Virus record (IMG/VR): IMGVR_UViG_3300044957_000729
Reading direction: 5' to 3' (one strand)
DNA length: 64,000 nucleotides
From: a virus
Positions 39,479 to 48,727 of the stretch are shown one piece after another (position 1 is the stretch's first letter; every line of letters starts with the position of its first letter). The notes under the pieces were generated by a model. That model saw only the letters and a list, made by a program, of their open reading frames with translations. It made no database searches and was not told the origin of the DNA. Made by a program: the position numbers and the translations under genes.

Positions 39479-41484
39479 TGGCTGGAATAAAATATTTAAC
39501 GGACATATACGAAAAAAAAGGAAAGTCCTTTATTGAAAGCCTTTTCAATAAAAATTTAACTGTAACAGAAAATCTAGACGGTCCTTCTTTTTCTTTTGAA
39601 AGGGATTTTACTGGCGATAACATATCTTTCTATAAAAAGGATCAAGATAATCCTATAACCAAGGTGGATAGGATATTAATGAGATATTACGAAAAGCCTA
39701 TAAGCTATATAGAATCTCTATCTCTTGAAATCACAGATCAGCTTCCTAAGGGATGGAGATTCGGAATGGTTTACTTTCCTAACAAAAAGCCAGTCAGAAT
39801 TGAGTACGATAGGATACCAAAGAATCATCTTGTTTTAACACATGTTGTTGTTAGGGATGAATTCGGAGATATTATTAAAAATTTACAGGACAGAGACGAG
39901 CTCGATGAATGGGCAGACAAGTTAGGGGTTGAAAGATCGCCCATCATATTTCAAGGTAAACTTGACAGGGACCAAAAAATAGCTATAATGGATTTCCTTT
40001 CTACTCCATTGGCAGATCTTAAGAATAAATTTCAGACCTCTAGTTTTAGTAACTATCTAATTTCAATCTTAAATAAAAATGTAGAAAGAACAACACTCGG
40101 TAAGGATTTACAGGGGGAGATAGATTCTCTGGTTTTTAGATTCGAGGATGAAGACGGAAAGGAGGAAACTGTTTTAGCAAAAATGGTTGATCCTATTTTT
40201 CATGAGATAAACAGAAGCAGAAAAGTTACTCAAACATCTTATTTTCCTAGTGATGTTTATTCTTTGTGTCTTATAGATGTAATGAATTTTATACTAGAGG
40301 AGGGGGTAGAAAACTTTATGGCTAAAGGTAATGACCCAGAGGAAAGATACATCAGTTTTGTTTTTGATGTATTTAAGAAGTTTGTATACGAGGAGGGTGA
40401 TAAATATGTAGGTGCGGATTTTCAAAAACCAGAATACTTAAAAACCGAAGGATTTGAAATAAATAAGGATTTAATAACTGACGAAGAAATTTTAAAGTCT
40501 ATAGAAGACGACGAAGTTTATATAGACATTTTACAAATGATCCTTAACTCTTTTAGAAAGCTTAAAAGAAAACCGCATGGATTTTTTACAGAGGGACTAA
40601 TCCAGCAATTTAATATACTAATTGAAGATATTGCTAGCTATATAAACGCCAAAAAGAAAGATTTAGTTGAAGAGTCTTTAGGGGTTCCCAGCTTTGTTTG
40701 GTTTAAAAAAGCCGTTAGTAAATTTAATCCAATAATAAGTGATGAGTATGAAATAGACGAGCTAAAAGAAATAATAGAAGGCTCTTCTTCTGGAGAGATT
40801 ACACCTCTTAATGAATCTGAAACTCCTGAGGTTATAACCGAAGATGAGCAGAAGGAAGAAGACGCTTCAGAATTTTTCTCCTTTAAAGATTTTAAAAAAG
40901 TAGTAGCTACTCACAAAGAAAAAAAGAAGATAAAGATATTAAACGAGAACAATCAGAAAGTAAATATAGTAATAGGTAAATTTCAGCCCTTTAATAACGG
41001 ACATTTAAAAATGTGTACAAGATTAAAGAAGGAAAATAATTTACCAGTATTTCTGTGTGTAGTTCATCCCCGGAGTGAGCCAGGATCTAAATATCCATTC
41101 TCCGATGATTTAATAAAAAAATCCATAGGATCTTTAACATCAGAGAACAACAAACTTTTTGCAGGATATGAAATGATCCCGTCCAACCTTTTGGAGGATG
41201 CTCTAAATGCAGTAGTAAAACATGCTAATCCTGCTTCTATATGTATAGGTGAGAGAGATTTTGAAAATATGATTCTTCAAAGAGAATGGGTAAGGAATAA
41301 ATATGATTTAGAGGGGGGAGATATAGAAATATACAAAACCCCGCAATGGTCAAATAATAATGATATTAGAACTTACATAAAAGATGGTGATTTCCAGCAA
41401 TTTAAAGATAAAGTTCCAAAATCGATAGCAGTGCTTTTCAATGAATTTACTAAACAAATAAATGGATCTGAGGAAGATATATAA
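39478..41484 (+). CDS. ligase-like N-terminal domain fused to HxGH cytidylyltransferase-like domain
   Basis: VTENLDG resembles ligase motif I (TEKxDG); IVIGKFQPFNNGH nucleotidyltransferase motif. Confidence 0.6.
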   Translation: MAGIKYLTDIYEKKGKSFIESLFNKNLTVTENLDGPSFSFERDFTGDNISFYKKDQDNPITKVDRILMRYYEKPISYIESLSLEITDQLPKGWRFGMVYFPNKKPVRIEYDRIPKNHLVLTHVVVRDEFGDIIKNLQDRDELDEWADKLGVERSPIIFQGKLDRDQKIAIMDFLSTPLADLKNKFQTSSFSNYLISILNKNVERTTLGKDLQGEIDSLVFRFEDEDGKEETVLAKMVDPIFHEINRSRKVTQTSYFPSDVYSLCLIDVMNFILEEGVENFMAKGNDPEERYISFVFDVFKKFVYEEGDKYVGADFQKPEYLKTEGFEINKDLITDEEILKSIEDDEVYIDILQMILNSFRKLKRKPHGFFTEGLIQQFNILIEDIASYINAKKKDLVEESLGVPSFVWFKKAVSKFNPIISDEYEIDELKEIIEGSSSGEITPLNESETPEVITEDEQKEEDASEFFSFKDFKKVVATHKEKKKIKILNENNQKVNIVIGKFQPFNNGHLKMCTRLKKENNLPVFLCVVHPRSEPGSKYPFSDDLIKKSIGSLTSENNKLFAGYEMIPSNLLEDALNAVVKHANPASICIGERDFENMILQREWVRNKYDLEGGDIEIYKTPQWSNNNDIRTYIKDGDFQQFKDKVPKSIAVLFNEFTKQINGSEEDI

Positions 41485-41495
41485 AACAACTTATT

Positions 41496-42368
41496 ATGGG
41501 AATGAAAAGAATATTATCCTTCAACGATTTTGCTATTTTTGAGTATAAAGGATTTGATTATTTGGAACACAGAAATTTAAATGAAGCAATTTATTTAGAC
41601 GAAAGAAACAAAACACCACACGATCCCGCAGCTCTAAAGAAAATGAGGGCTTGTGTGTTTTTATTAAATGGATCATATCCATTTTTTGCATCGATGCTAT
41701 CTCGATTGATGATCAGAGAAAACAGAAATCTTAAATTTAAAACGATGGCAACTGACGGTGTTAGTATACACTATGATCCTGATTTTGTTCTTAATCACAG
41801 TGATGCTGAGATAATTTGGGTTATTGCACATGAGGTTTTACATAATACCCTAGTTCACTTTTTAAGATGCCCTAAAGATAAAACAAAAGCAGGTGTATGG
41901 AACGTTGCAGCGGATTATGCACTTAATCAATTGTTAACTCCAATAGATCCTAGCACATTAAACACAACTAAACCTAAGCCAGCTACTAAAGGCGGTATAG
42001 GAAAAATGGTAGAAGGATCTTTATATCCTGGATGTGGTCACGTTCCTTACGACCACGAATTTGTAAATAGAGGAGCCGAATGGATTTACGAAAAACTTCT
42101 AGCTAATGGATATGTTCCTGAACCTGGAGATGATACAACTCCGCCTCCGTATCCACCTTCACCACCTCCACCACGGGATCCTGAAGTTGGTGATATTATC
42201 TATGATAAAGATAATGATTCATATGGTATAATTAAATCTATAGATAATTCATTGGGTGAGCTTGAGTATGATCCTATACCAAAAAATAAGGTTAAAGAAT
42301 ACTTACAAAGAAAAGTTAATGATAAGAATATATTAGGAGATGATATAGAAAAAGAATTAGATTTCTGA
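41496..42368 (+). CDS. DUF2201_N-type HExxH metallopeptidase with capsid-targeting-like leader
   Basis: TMATDG...IAHEVLHNTLVH...WNVAADYALN; leader MKRILSFNDFAIFE. Confidence 0.8.
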   Translation: MGMKRILSFNDFAIFEYKGFDYLEHRNLNEAIYLDERNKTPHDPAALKKMRACVFLLNGSYPFFASMLSRLMIRENRNLKFKTMATDGVSIHYDPDFVLNHSDAEIIWVIAHEVLHNTLVHFLRCPKDKTKAGVWNVAADYALNQLLTPIDPSTLNTTKPKPATKGGIGKMVEGSLYPGCGHVPYDHEFVNRGAEWIYEKLLANGYVPEPGDDTTPPPYPPSPPPPRDPEVGDIIYDKDNDSYGIIKSIDNSLGELEYDPIPKNKVKEYLQRKVNDKNILGDDIEKELDF

Positions 42369-42379
42369 TTTAATATATT

Positions 42380-42451
42380 ATGAAAGCTAAGATAACAGTA
42401 AAAAGAATTTAAGAAATGAAAGCAAAAATAACAGGTGTAAGAATTCAGGAA
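42380..42451 (+). repeat. imperfect in-frame 36-bp tandem duplication of the VWA gene start; upstream copy is a 10-codon mini-ORF
   Basis: MKAKITVKRI*E followed directly by MKAKITGVRIQE. Confidence 0.7.
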
Positions 42452-43420
42452 ATAAAAGGAAGCGGAGGATCTGGAGATGATACAATGGGGGATGACTTCG
42501 GAATCCAAAAACCAGAAAATGTTGATGAATGGATAGACGATATTCCTGACGGAGATACCCCGGAAAGAGATAAAGACGGAAAGATAAAAGAGGAGGATCC
42601 CGAGTTCAAAAGATCAGATAGTCCAGGTGGTGGAAAATCAGCTCCTGACGGATATAATCCCGGGGAGGTTCTTAGACCGGGAGAGTTAGGTGATCTCGGA
42701 GGGGACAGTGGTCTTAACGGTGAAGCGTTAGCTGAAGAATGGGGGAGTGTTACTAGAATAGCATCTAGTAATGCAGGAAACATACCCGGAGAATTAAAAA
42801 GAGCAATTAGAAAAGTTAAAAGACCGGTTATAGATTGGAAGAAGGAGCTTTCAAAGTACATAGATCAGGCAATATCTAAATCAAAATATACATTACCTGC
42901 TAGGAGATTTTTAGGAGCAGGAAAAGCTCAGTATGGATACAAGAGATACAAGGAGGATTTTGAGAGTGCGGTTATTGCTATAGATACCTCAGGATCTATT
43001 ACCAGGGAAATAATAGAGCAATTTCTGGGTGAAGTAATGAGTATAACACAGGAATATAGTCCGCAGAAAACTGTTATATTGTATTGTGACACTCAAGTTT
43101 ATCCTCCGGATATATTAGAGCCAGGAGATACCCCTGATTTTAGTAAAATAGCTGGCGGTGGTGGTACTTATTTTTGGCCCCCTTTCAAATGGGTACAAAA
43201 AAATATGATAGATGAAGAGGGAGAAAAACCCACGGTGTTTATATACTTTACCGACGGTGAAGCAGACTTTCCTTCGGAGATGGATTATGATATTTCTGAA
43301 TATAGCGATAGATGTATTTGGGTATTCCTCACATTTAATGATGAACCATATCCAAATCCACAGCCTTTTGGAGAAAGAATAGATATTATTCTTGCCAATA
43401 AGAATGTCAAAAGAATATAG
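42416..43420 (+). CDS. VWA-like domain protein (DUF2201 C-terminal type)
   Basis: IDWKKEL; MIDAS DTSGS, GGGGT, YFTDG. Confidence 0.85.
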   Translation: MKAKITGVRIQEIKGSGGSGDDTMGDDFGIQKPENVDEWIDDIPDGDTPERDKDGKIKEEDPEFKRSDSPGGGKSAPDGYNPGEVLRPGELGDLGGDSGLNGEALAEEWGSVTRIASSNAGNIPGELKRAIRKVKRPVIDWKKELSKYIDQAISKSKYTLPARRFLGAGKAQYGYKRYKEDFESAVIAIDTSGSITREIIEQFLGEVMSITQEYSPQKTVILYCDTQVYPPDILEPGDTPDFSKIAGGGGTYFWPPFKWVQKNMIDEEGEKPTVFIYFTDGEADFPSEMDYDISEYSDRCIWVFLTFNDEPYPNPQPFGERIDIILANKNVKRI

Positions 43421-43454
43421 AAGTAGATATATAAAGCAAATAACAAAAAATAAA

Positions 43455-45056
43455 ATGGGCAAAAGAATTTATAATTTCAATGAGTTCGTAAATGAATCTT
43501 ATATGAGCGAGGGATTTTTCTCAGATTTGGGATCAAAAATATCATCATGGGCAAAAGGCTTATACAATGCAATTAAGTCAGGTTTAATTAGATTAATATC
43601 TTCAGGTCCTAAAGCAGGAACACGAAGAGTTGCTCTATTTGACGATTCAAAGAGTGAATCAATTTTAGATCAGGTTAACAATTTCTATAGGGGAACTGAA
43701 TACTATAACATGTTCAATCTTGAAAAACCCGAGACCCTCGGAGAAAGTTACTTATGGGAAGAAGTTGTTCCTTTAGAATATCCAATGAAAGATGATGTTC
43801 CTAATTATTCAGAGCCAGAAATAAAAGAGGACATCAAAATAAACATGAGAGAGATCTTCAGAATTGCTGATGAAATGGATGCTGCTAGAAAAGCTGGAGC
43901 AACTGAAGACGAATTAGATGATATGTACAGGGGAATTCTTGATGTTAAACCTATCTTTATTTATGGAGCTCCTGGGATTGGTAAAACACAAATCGTAGCC
44001 CAAGTGTGTGATGAATTAGGAAAAGAATTATATGGACATAAACTTTCTTTAGTTAACATAGATGGTGAAAATGCAGAACCGGTTGATTTCGCTGGTGTAC
44101 CTAGTGTGGTAGACATTGAAGCTCCATCTAAAGAAAATCCTTTAGGTAGAGGCGTTACAAGATCAAATGTTAACGCAGACATTTTACCCTATGATAACGG
44201 AAGAAACGGTAAAGGAGGGATCATCTTTATTGATGAGTTAAATCGTATGCCCGAGGAGGTTATTAAAATCTTTATGAAACTTGCACAATCAAGAAGAATC
44301 GGTAACAACTATAATATCCCTGAGAGATGGTACATAGTAGCAGCAGGTAACAGAAAAGAAGACGATAAATCAGTTAAAGAATTAGGAACTGCACTTAGAG
44401 ACAGATTCCAGGCAGTTAACTTTGTCCCTACTGTAAAAGGATTTATATCATATGTAGAGAGAACCAGATATAAAGACGTGGTTCTTCCAGAACTTTTAGA
44501 TTTCTTAGAATTCCAGCCGGAATTCTTCCATAGTTTAGATCCAGCAATTAAGAAAACTAAATATCCTACGCCTAGATCTTGGGTTGATGCCTCTAACTCT
44601 CTGGGAAGGGTAATCAGAAATCTAAAATCGGAAGGGATTACTAATATACCAGAAGAAGTCATAAGAAAAGAATTTGCTAAAAACGTAGGTTATGACGCTA
44701 CTGAAGCTTTCTTGAATTTCTATAAAATTGCTAAGGATATTCCTGTAAAGGAGCTCACCTTAGTTTTCACTGATCCAGAAAAAGCTCCTGTACCTGCAGA
44801 CAAAGGAAACAGAGCGGATTATACACATGCTTTATTCTCCGCAGTTATTAGAAAGAGTAAGGAAATGTCATTAACAACTAAAGAAGTTTGTAACTTTGCT
44901 AAATGGTTAGACAGAACAGATCTTGAAGAGGAAGGATCAGCAGCTCTTACTACGTTCTTTAATACTCACCCAGAATTGAAAAAAAATCCTGAAATGTACT
45001 CTTGTATAGGTCCTTTAGCAGATAAATGGGGAACTAAATTGGGAATAGAATTCTAG
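43455..45056 (+). CDS. MoxR-like AAA+ ATPase with capsid-targeting-like leader
   Basis: GAPGIGKT, IIFIDELNR, AAGNR, ALRDRF, PTPRSW; leader MGKRIYNFNEFVNES; GATATATA at 43426. Confidence 0.85.
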   Translation: MGKRIYNFNEFVNESYMSEGFFSDLGSKISSWAKGLYNAIKSGLIRLISSGPKAGTRRVALFDDSKSESILDQVNNFYRGTEYYNMFNLEKPETLGESYLWEEVVPLEYPMKDDVPNYSEPEIKEDIKINMREIFRIADEMDAARKAGATEDELDDMYRGILDVKPIFIYGAPGIGKTQIVAQVCDELGKELYGHKLSLVNIDGENAEPVDFAGVPSVVDIEAPSKENPLGRGVTRSNVNADILPYDNGRNGKGGIIFIDELNRMPEEVIKIFMKLAQSRRIGNNYNIPERWYIVAAGNRKEDDKSVKELGTALRDRFQAVNFVPTVKGFISYVERTRYKDVVLPELLDFLEFQPEFFHSLDPAIKKTKYPTPRSWVDASNSLGRVIRNLKSEGITNIPEEVIRKEFAKNVGYDATEAFLNFYKIAKDIPVKELTLVFTDPEKAPVPADKGNRADYTHALFSAVIRKSKEMSLTTKEVCNFAKWLDRTDLEEEGSAALTTFFNTHPELKKNPEMYSCIGPLADKWGTKLGIEF

Positions 45057-45057
45057 G

Positions 45058-45330
45058 ATGAAAAAATATAGCCAGATAAAAGAGGGTCATACCTACAAGT
45101 ATGACCTTTCTAATAGTAAAAAACTTTTAGAAGAGGCTATAGAAAGGATAAATCTAGTTAAGGAGGAATTCTCTAAATTAGAGGATGTAGATTTAGAAGA
45201 ACTAGAAGAAGGCTGGAACCTTATAGATAAATACTACGGAAACGTTGTAAGAGGAGAGATATTCAAAAGAAAGAAAAAAAGATATATCCCAAACACCTCT
45301 GCAGTTTTTCCAAGAAAAGGAGATAGTTAA
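45058..45330 (+). CDS. hypothetical protein
   Basis: 90 aa; short leader MKKYSQIKE. Confidence 0.55.
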   Translation: MKKYSQIKEGHTYKYDLSNSKKLLEEAIERINLVKEEFSKLEDVDLEELEEGWNLIDKYYGNVVRGEIFKRKKKRYIPNTSAVFPRKGDS

Positions 45331-45332
45331 TT

Positions 45333-45869
45333 ATGAAACATATAAAATTATTTGAGCATTTTTTAATGGAAGAAGACGGATTCGGTAGAGGCTTTTTTGC
45401 TAAAAGAAAGAACGGAAAAGTTTCCAAGTACTATTTTAAAATGGAAGGTGAGGAAGAAAATCTAGGATTTATCATCAATATAGGTAAACTTTCACGTGGA
45501 TCTTCTATAGATGAAGCAGAAAATAGTTATTGTGTTGTATCGGTAGAGCCAATTAAAATACGAATACTTGATGACTATTTAGTAAATGATACAGATTATA
45601 AGTCTAGAGAGGATGACGATTTTAATCTCACTAAATCAGAGTTTATGAGATTTTATAGTATCTTAAGTGAAGCAATAAAAGACTATTTACAAAATAATCC
45701 TAAGGTCTCTAAAATCTATGACGAGATTACAATGAATCTGAGTGTGGATTTCTCTGAGTATAAAGACAGAGTAGAAACATTAATGGGAGAATGGAGCTAC
45801 GAAAAATGGAGCGTTCAGGAAGGACCGGATGATGAAACTTTAATTTATACTAGAAGGGATCATGACTAA
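45333..45869 (+). CDS. hypothetical protein with capsid-targeting-like leader
   Basis: MKHIKLFEHFLMEE. Confidence 0.6.
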   Translation: MKHIKLFEHFLMEEDGFGRGFFAKRKNGKVSKYYFKMEGEEENLGFIINIGKLSRGSSIDEAENSYCVVSVEPIKIRILDDYLVNDTDYKSREDDDFNLTKSEFMRFYSILSEAIKDYLQNNPKVSKIYDEITMNLSVDFSEYKDRVETLMGEWSYEKWSVQEGPDDETLIYTRRDHD

Positions 45870-46173
45870 TAATATTCTTTCATATAAAGAATTTATAAAT
45901 GAATCTAGGATTCCAATAGCTTGGGCTAAGCCATCAGCTACAACAATAAAGGTTCTTTCTTTTATAATGGAGAAAGAAAAAGTAACCAAAAGAGAACTTA
46001 TGGAATTTCTAGATAGCATACCAGAAGATGCTTCCGGGAAAAAGCCTTCTATGAATTGGATTAGAGGTCAAAAAAAGTATATCAAATATAAAGTACAGGA
46101 GGAGGAAGCAAACTATTTTTCACTAACAACTCTGGGTAAAAGAATTCTAAAAGCATCTAGCGTAAACGAATAA
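45862..46173 (+). CDS. small winged-helix-like protein with capsid-targeting-like leader
   Basis: ILSYKEFINES leader; VLSFI...VTKRELMEFL...YFSLTTLGKRIL resembles wHTH. Confidence 0.5.
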   Translation: MTNNILSYKEFINESRIPIAWAKPSATTIKVLSFIMEKEKVTKRELMEFLDSIPEDASGKKPSMNWIRGQKKYIKYKVQEEEANYFSLTTLGKRILKASSVNE

Positions 46174-46219
46174 ATCGTATATTTTTTTACTAAATCCTTT
46201 AAAAAATTAAACATTTTAA

Positions 46220-46228
46220 TAGATTTGC
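46220..46228 (+). promoter_or_regulatory. Bacteroidota-type -7 promoter element TAGATTTGC
   Basis: matches the TAnnTTTG consensus, upstream of the histone-H1-like gene. Confidence 0.5.
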
Positions 46229-46249
46229 GGTAGAATAATATATTTAGAA

Positions 46250-46429
46250 ATGGAAAATTACGAAAAAATCAAGGAATTAGTAGAAAGCATGTCTAAAGAT
46301 ATGGAAGCTTTTTACGTAAAAGGTAACAAGTCTGCTGGTACACGTGTAAGAACTGCTTGTCAAGAGCTTAAGAAACTAGCTCAAGATTTAAGAATTAATG
46401 TACAAGAAACTAAAAACACTAAAGCTTAA
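46250..46429 (+). CDS. histone H1-like (Hc1 family) nucleoid protein; not in ORF track
   Basis: MENYEKIKELVESMSKDMEAFYVKGNKSAGTRVRTACQELKKLAQDLRINVQETKNTKA; KGNKSAGTRVR signature. Confidence 0.85.
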   Translation: MENYEKIKELVESMSKDMEAFYVKGNKSAGTRVRTACQELKKLAQDLRINVQETKNTKA

Positions 46430-46434
46430 TCTTT

Positions 46435-46665
46435 ATGGGTTACTATATTTGTAAAGTTAGCTTTTTTACTGGTAAGGTTTCTAAAAGTACCAGTAAGGCA
46501 AAGGCATCTAGATCTGAAATACTTGTAGAGGCGGAGAATGTAACTGATGCTGAAGCAACCCTTCACAAGCACTTAGCTGGTGATAATGCAACTGCTCATT
46601 TAGATTTCTAAGTTACTTCAGTAGCACAGTCTAAAATCGAGTCTATAGTACAGAATAGAGGTTAA
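46435..46665 (+). pseudogene. DUF4494-like small protein interrupted by in-frame TAA at 46609
   Basis: YYICKV...EILVEAENVTDAEA...DF*VTSVAQSKIESI; the family pattern continues through the stop. Confidence 0.6.
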
Positions 46666-46731
46666 AAAATATAATCCACGATGGATATATAATCTATCGG
46701 GGATTTTTGTATTCCCTAATTGAATTAAACT

Positions 46732-46905
46732 ATGGGAAAACATAAAAAAGAATCTGCGGAGACCAGTTCATATGAACCTCCTGTTTCTCCAGTAAAAATA
46801 CCAAAGGGGGATAAGGGGTTTAATATAGTTAAAAATAATTACAGAAGATTTATTTGGACTTGGAATCAATACACGGATAAAAGGCCCAAGTTTCAAAAAA
46901 CGTAG
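46732..46905 (+). CDS. hypothetical protein (57 aa); not in ORF track
   Basis: MGKHKKESAETSSYEPPVSPVKIPKG...FQKT; GATATATA at 46684; fills the gap before 46910. Confidence 0.5.
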   Translation: MGKHKKESAETSSYEPPVSPVKIPKGDKGFNIVKNNYRRFIWTWNQYTDKRPKFQKT

Positions 46906-46909
46906 TGAT

Positions 46910-47254
46910 ATGCCAGCAGTTTCTAAAACACAACAGAGATTAATGGGACAAGCCCACGGGGTCAGAAAATTCTTGGACACCAATGGGAAAGAGGGTTTGA
47001 ACCCAAGAAAGATTGATTCAGTATACAGGGAAACTATAGTGGAGATAGCTAAGAACATGAAGAAAAAAGCTCTTAAGGATTACGCTAGCACTAAACACTC
47101 TAACCTTCCAGAGGAAGTTGAGGAAGTAGAAGAGGGGATTGCTACTATAATACCGCATCTTAGTCCCGAGTCTAATAAGCCTAAGAAGTCTAAAGCAAAA
47201 AAGATGCAGAATCTTTCTGATTATAGAGAATTTGTAACTAAAATAAAAAAATAA
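46910..47254 (+). CDS. DUF3008-like protein
   Basis: MPAVSKTQQRLMG...LKDYASTKHSNLP. Confidence 0.65.
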   Translation: MPAVSKTQQRLMGQAHGVRKFLDTNGKEGLNPRKIDSVYRETIVEIAKNMKKKALKDYASTKHSNLPEEVEEVEEGIATIIPHLSPESNKPKKSKAKKMQNLSDYREFVTKIKK

Positions 47255-47255
47255 T

Positions 47256-47723
47256 ATGAGTGAAGATTGCGGATGTGGCGGAGTCACAGATAATATCAGA
47301 AGCTATGATTCTTATAGAGCTTCTAAATACGACCAAGATTCTTTAGTTGGTAAAAGAGTTTCTCTTATAGATGGAAGAAGCGGAAGAATCGATGATTCTA
47401 TTAGAAACAGTGTTGGCGAGGTGATAGGATATGTTATAGAAGGCGAAAGAGGTATGTATAGGGTGTTTAAAGATAAGATCTCTAGCGAACTTGAAGAAAG
47501 CGGGGGCGCTATGGCTTCTTTAGCGGGAACCCTCGGAATGGGTAACGTTGTGCCTCCTGGACCCGGGAGAACTGGATCTGGGGATCAATTTCCTAGTTTA
47601 ACTGTGGGTACACCTGCAGCTAAAAAAAAGAAGAAAAAGGTTTCTAAAGAAACACCTAATCCAATAAGTAACTCGTTGATGGATTTTAAAACTTTCCAAA
47701 GAGCATCAAAATCGAACCAATAA
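47256..47723 (+). CDS. hypothetical protein
   Basis: 155 aa; SH3-like N-terminal part, Gly/Pro-rich C-terminal part. Confidence 0.55.
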   Translation: MSEDCGCGGVTDNIRSYDSYRASKYDQDSLVGKRVSLIDGRSGRIDDSIRNSVGEVIGYVIEGERGMYRVFKDKISSELEESGGAMASLAGTLGMGNVVPPGPGRTGSGDQFPSLTVGTPAAKKKKKKVSKETPNPISNSLMDFKTFQRASKSNQ

Positions 47724-47748
47724 TATTTATTTTTCTTAATTTAGCTAT

Positions 47749-48135
47749 GTGCAAAGAATTAAGATAATACAGGAAGAATATGCTAATGATCCTTGGAAAG
47801 TTTTAGTATGCTGTATATTACTTAATCAAACTAGTAATAAACAGGTAAGACCTTTAATAGAAAGCTTCTTTAAAAGATGGTCAAATCCTAAATCTCTAAT
47901 GTATGAGGATGATATGACCATTTCTGATTTTATAAAGGCCACAGGATTTCAAAACATAAAAGCAAAAAGAATAAAAAATTTCTCTCATGCTTGGTATTCT
48001 GGTATAAGAGATCCTTTTAAGTTTCCTGGTATAGGAGATTATGGAAGGGAAGCCTGGCGGATTTTTGTAACCAAAGACACATCATTTATTCCTAAGGATA
48101 AGAAGCTTAAAATGTATTTAGAATCGATTCAGTAA
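47749..48135 (+). CDS. HhH-GPD DNA glycosylase (MBD4-like minimal form)
   Basis: DPWKVLVCCILLNQT, GFQNIKAKRI, FPGIGDYG, C-terminal DKKL. Confidence 0.85.
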   Translation: MQRIKIIQEEYANDPWKVLVCCILLNQTSNKQVRPLIESFFKRWSNPKSLMYEDDMTISDFIKATGFQNIKAKRIKNFSHAWYSGIRDPFKFPGIGDYGREAWRIFVTKDTSFIPKDKKLKMYLESIQ

Positions 48136-48145
48136 TATATACTAC

Positions 48146-48727
48146 ATGAATCATCTATTTACGTTTCAACAGCTTTTTGAAAAGCTTCAAATGGTAACAG
48201 CTAACTGGGCAGTAGTAAGCAACGAATCTTCTTTTGAAAAGAAAGATGAGAATGGATATTTAGTTTTTAGTAAAAATGGAACATTCTCAATTATATACAA
48301 CAAGAAAAAAGAGAACGAAGAAGCTAGGATAGAATTTTATTCTAGTAAAGAAAATTCAACGGATAAAAAATCAGTTTGTGAGTGTAAAATAACTACTACT
48401 TCGGGATCTGACAGAGTAAAAAAAGGATTTCCTGATATCACACCAGATAATATGTGGGATATATTGGTGACTTTCTTTGATTACAGTGATCTCGAGAAAG
48501 TAGATAAAAATGCGGTAGATGTATTCATGATGGGATTCACTAAATCTATCAAAGAGGTTAATAGGAGTGAGGAAAAAGATCAGCTAGCACCTTCATTTAA
48601 AGTTTTCTATAAATATTTAAGCGAGTGGAGTAAGAAATCTAAAGAAATTCCTCCGGTTACCACTGACGAGTATAATTTCATGGATATAATAAACAAATTT
48701 GCTTCCTATTTTAAATCAAACAAATAA
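48146..48727 (+). CDS. hypothetical protein with capsid-targeting-like leader
   Basis: MNHLFTFQQLFE; AATATATA at 48134. Confidence 0.6.
   Translation: MNHLFTFQQLFEKLQMVTANWAVVSNESSFEKKDENGYLVFSKNGTFSIIYNKKKENEEARIEFYSSKENSTDKKSVCECKITTTSGSDRVKKGFPDITPDNMWDILVTFFDYSDLEKVDKNAVDVFMMGFTKSIKEVNRSEEKDQLAPSFKVFYKYLSEWSKKSKEIPPVTTDEYNFMDIINKFASYFKSNK

Noticed and set aside
42170-42460. Possible second split intein between the peptidase and VWA genes (EVGDIIYD... / MKAKITGV...)
   Set aside because: No N-terminal Cys/Ser block A, no TxxH, and no terminal Asn followed by a nucleophile
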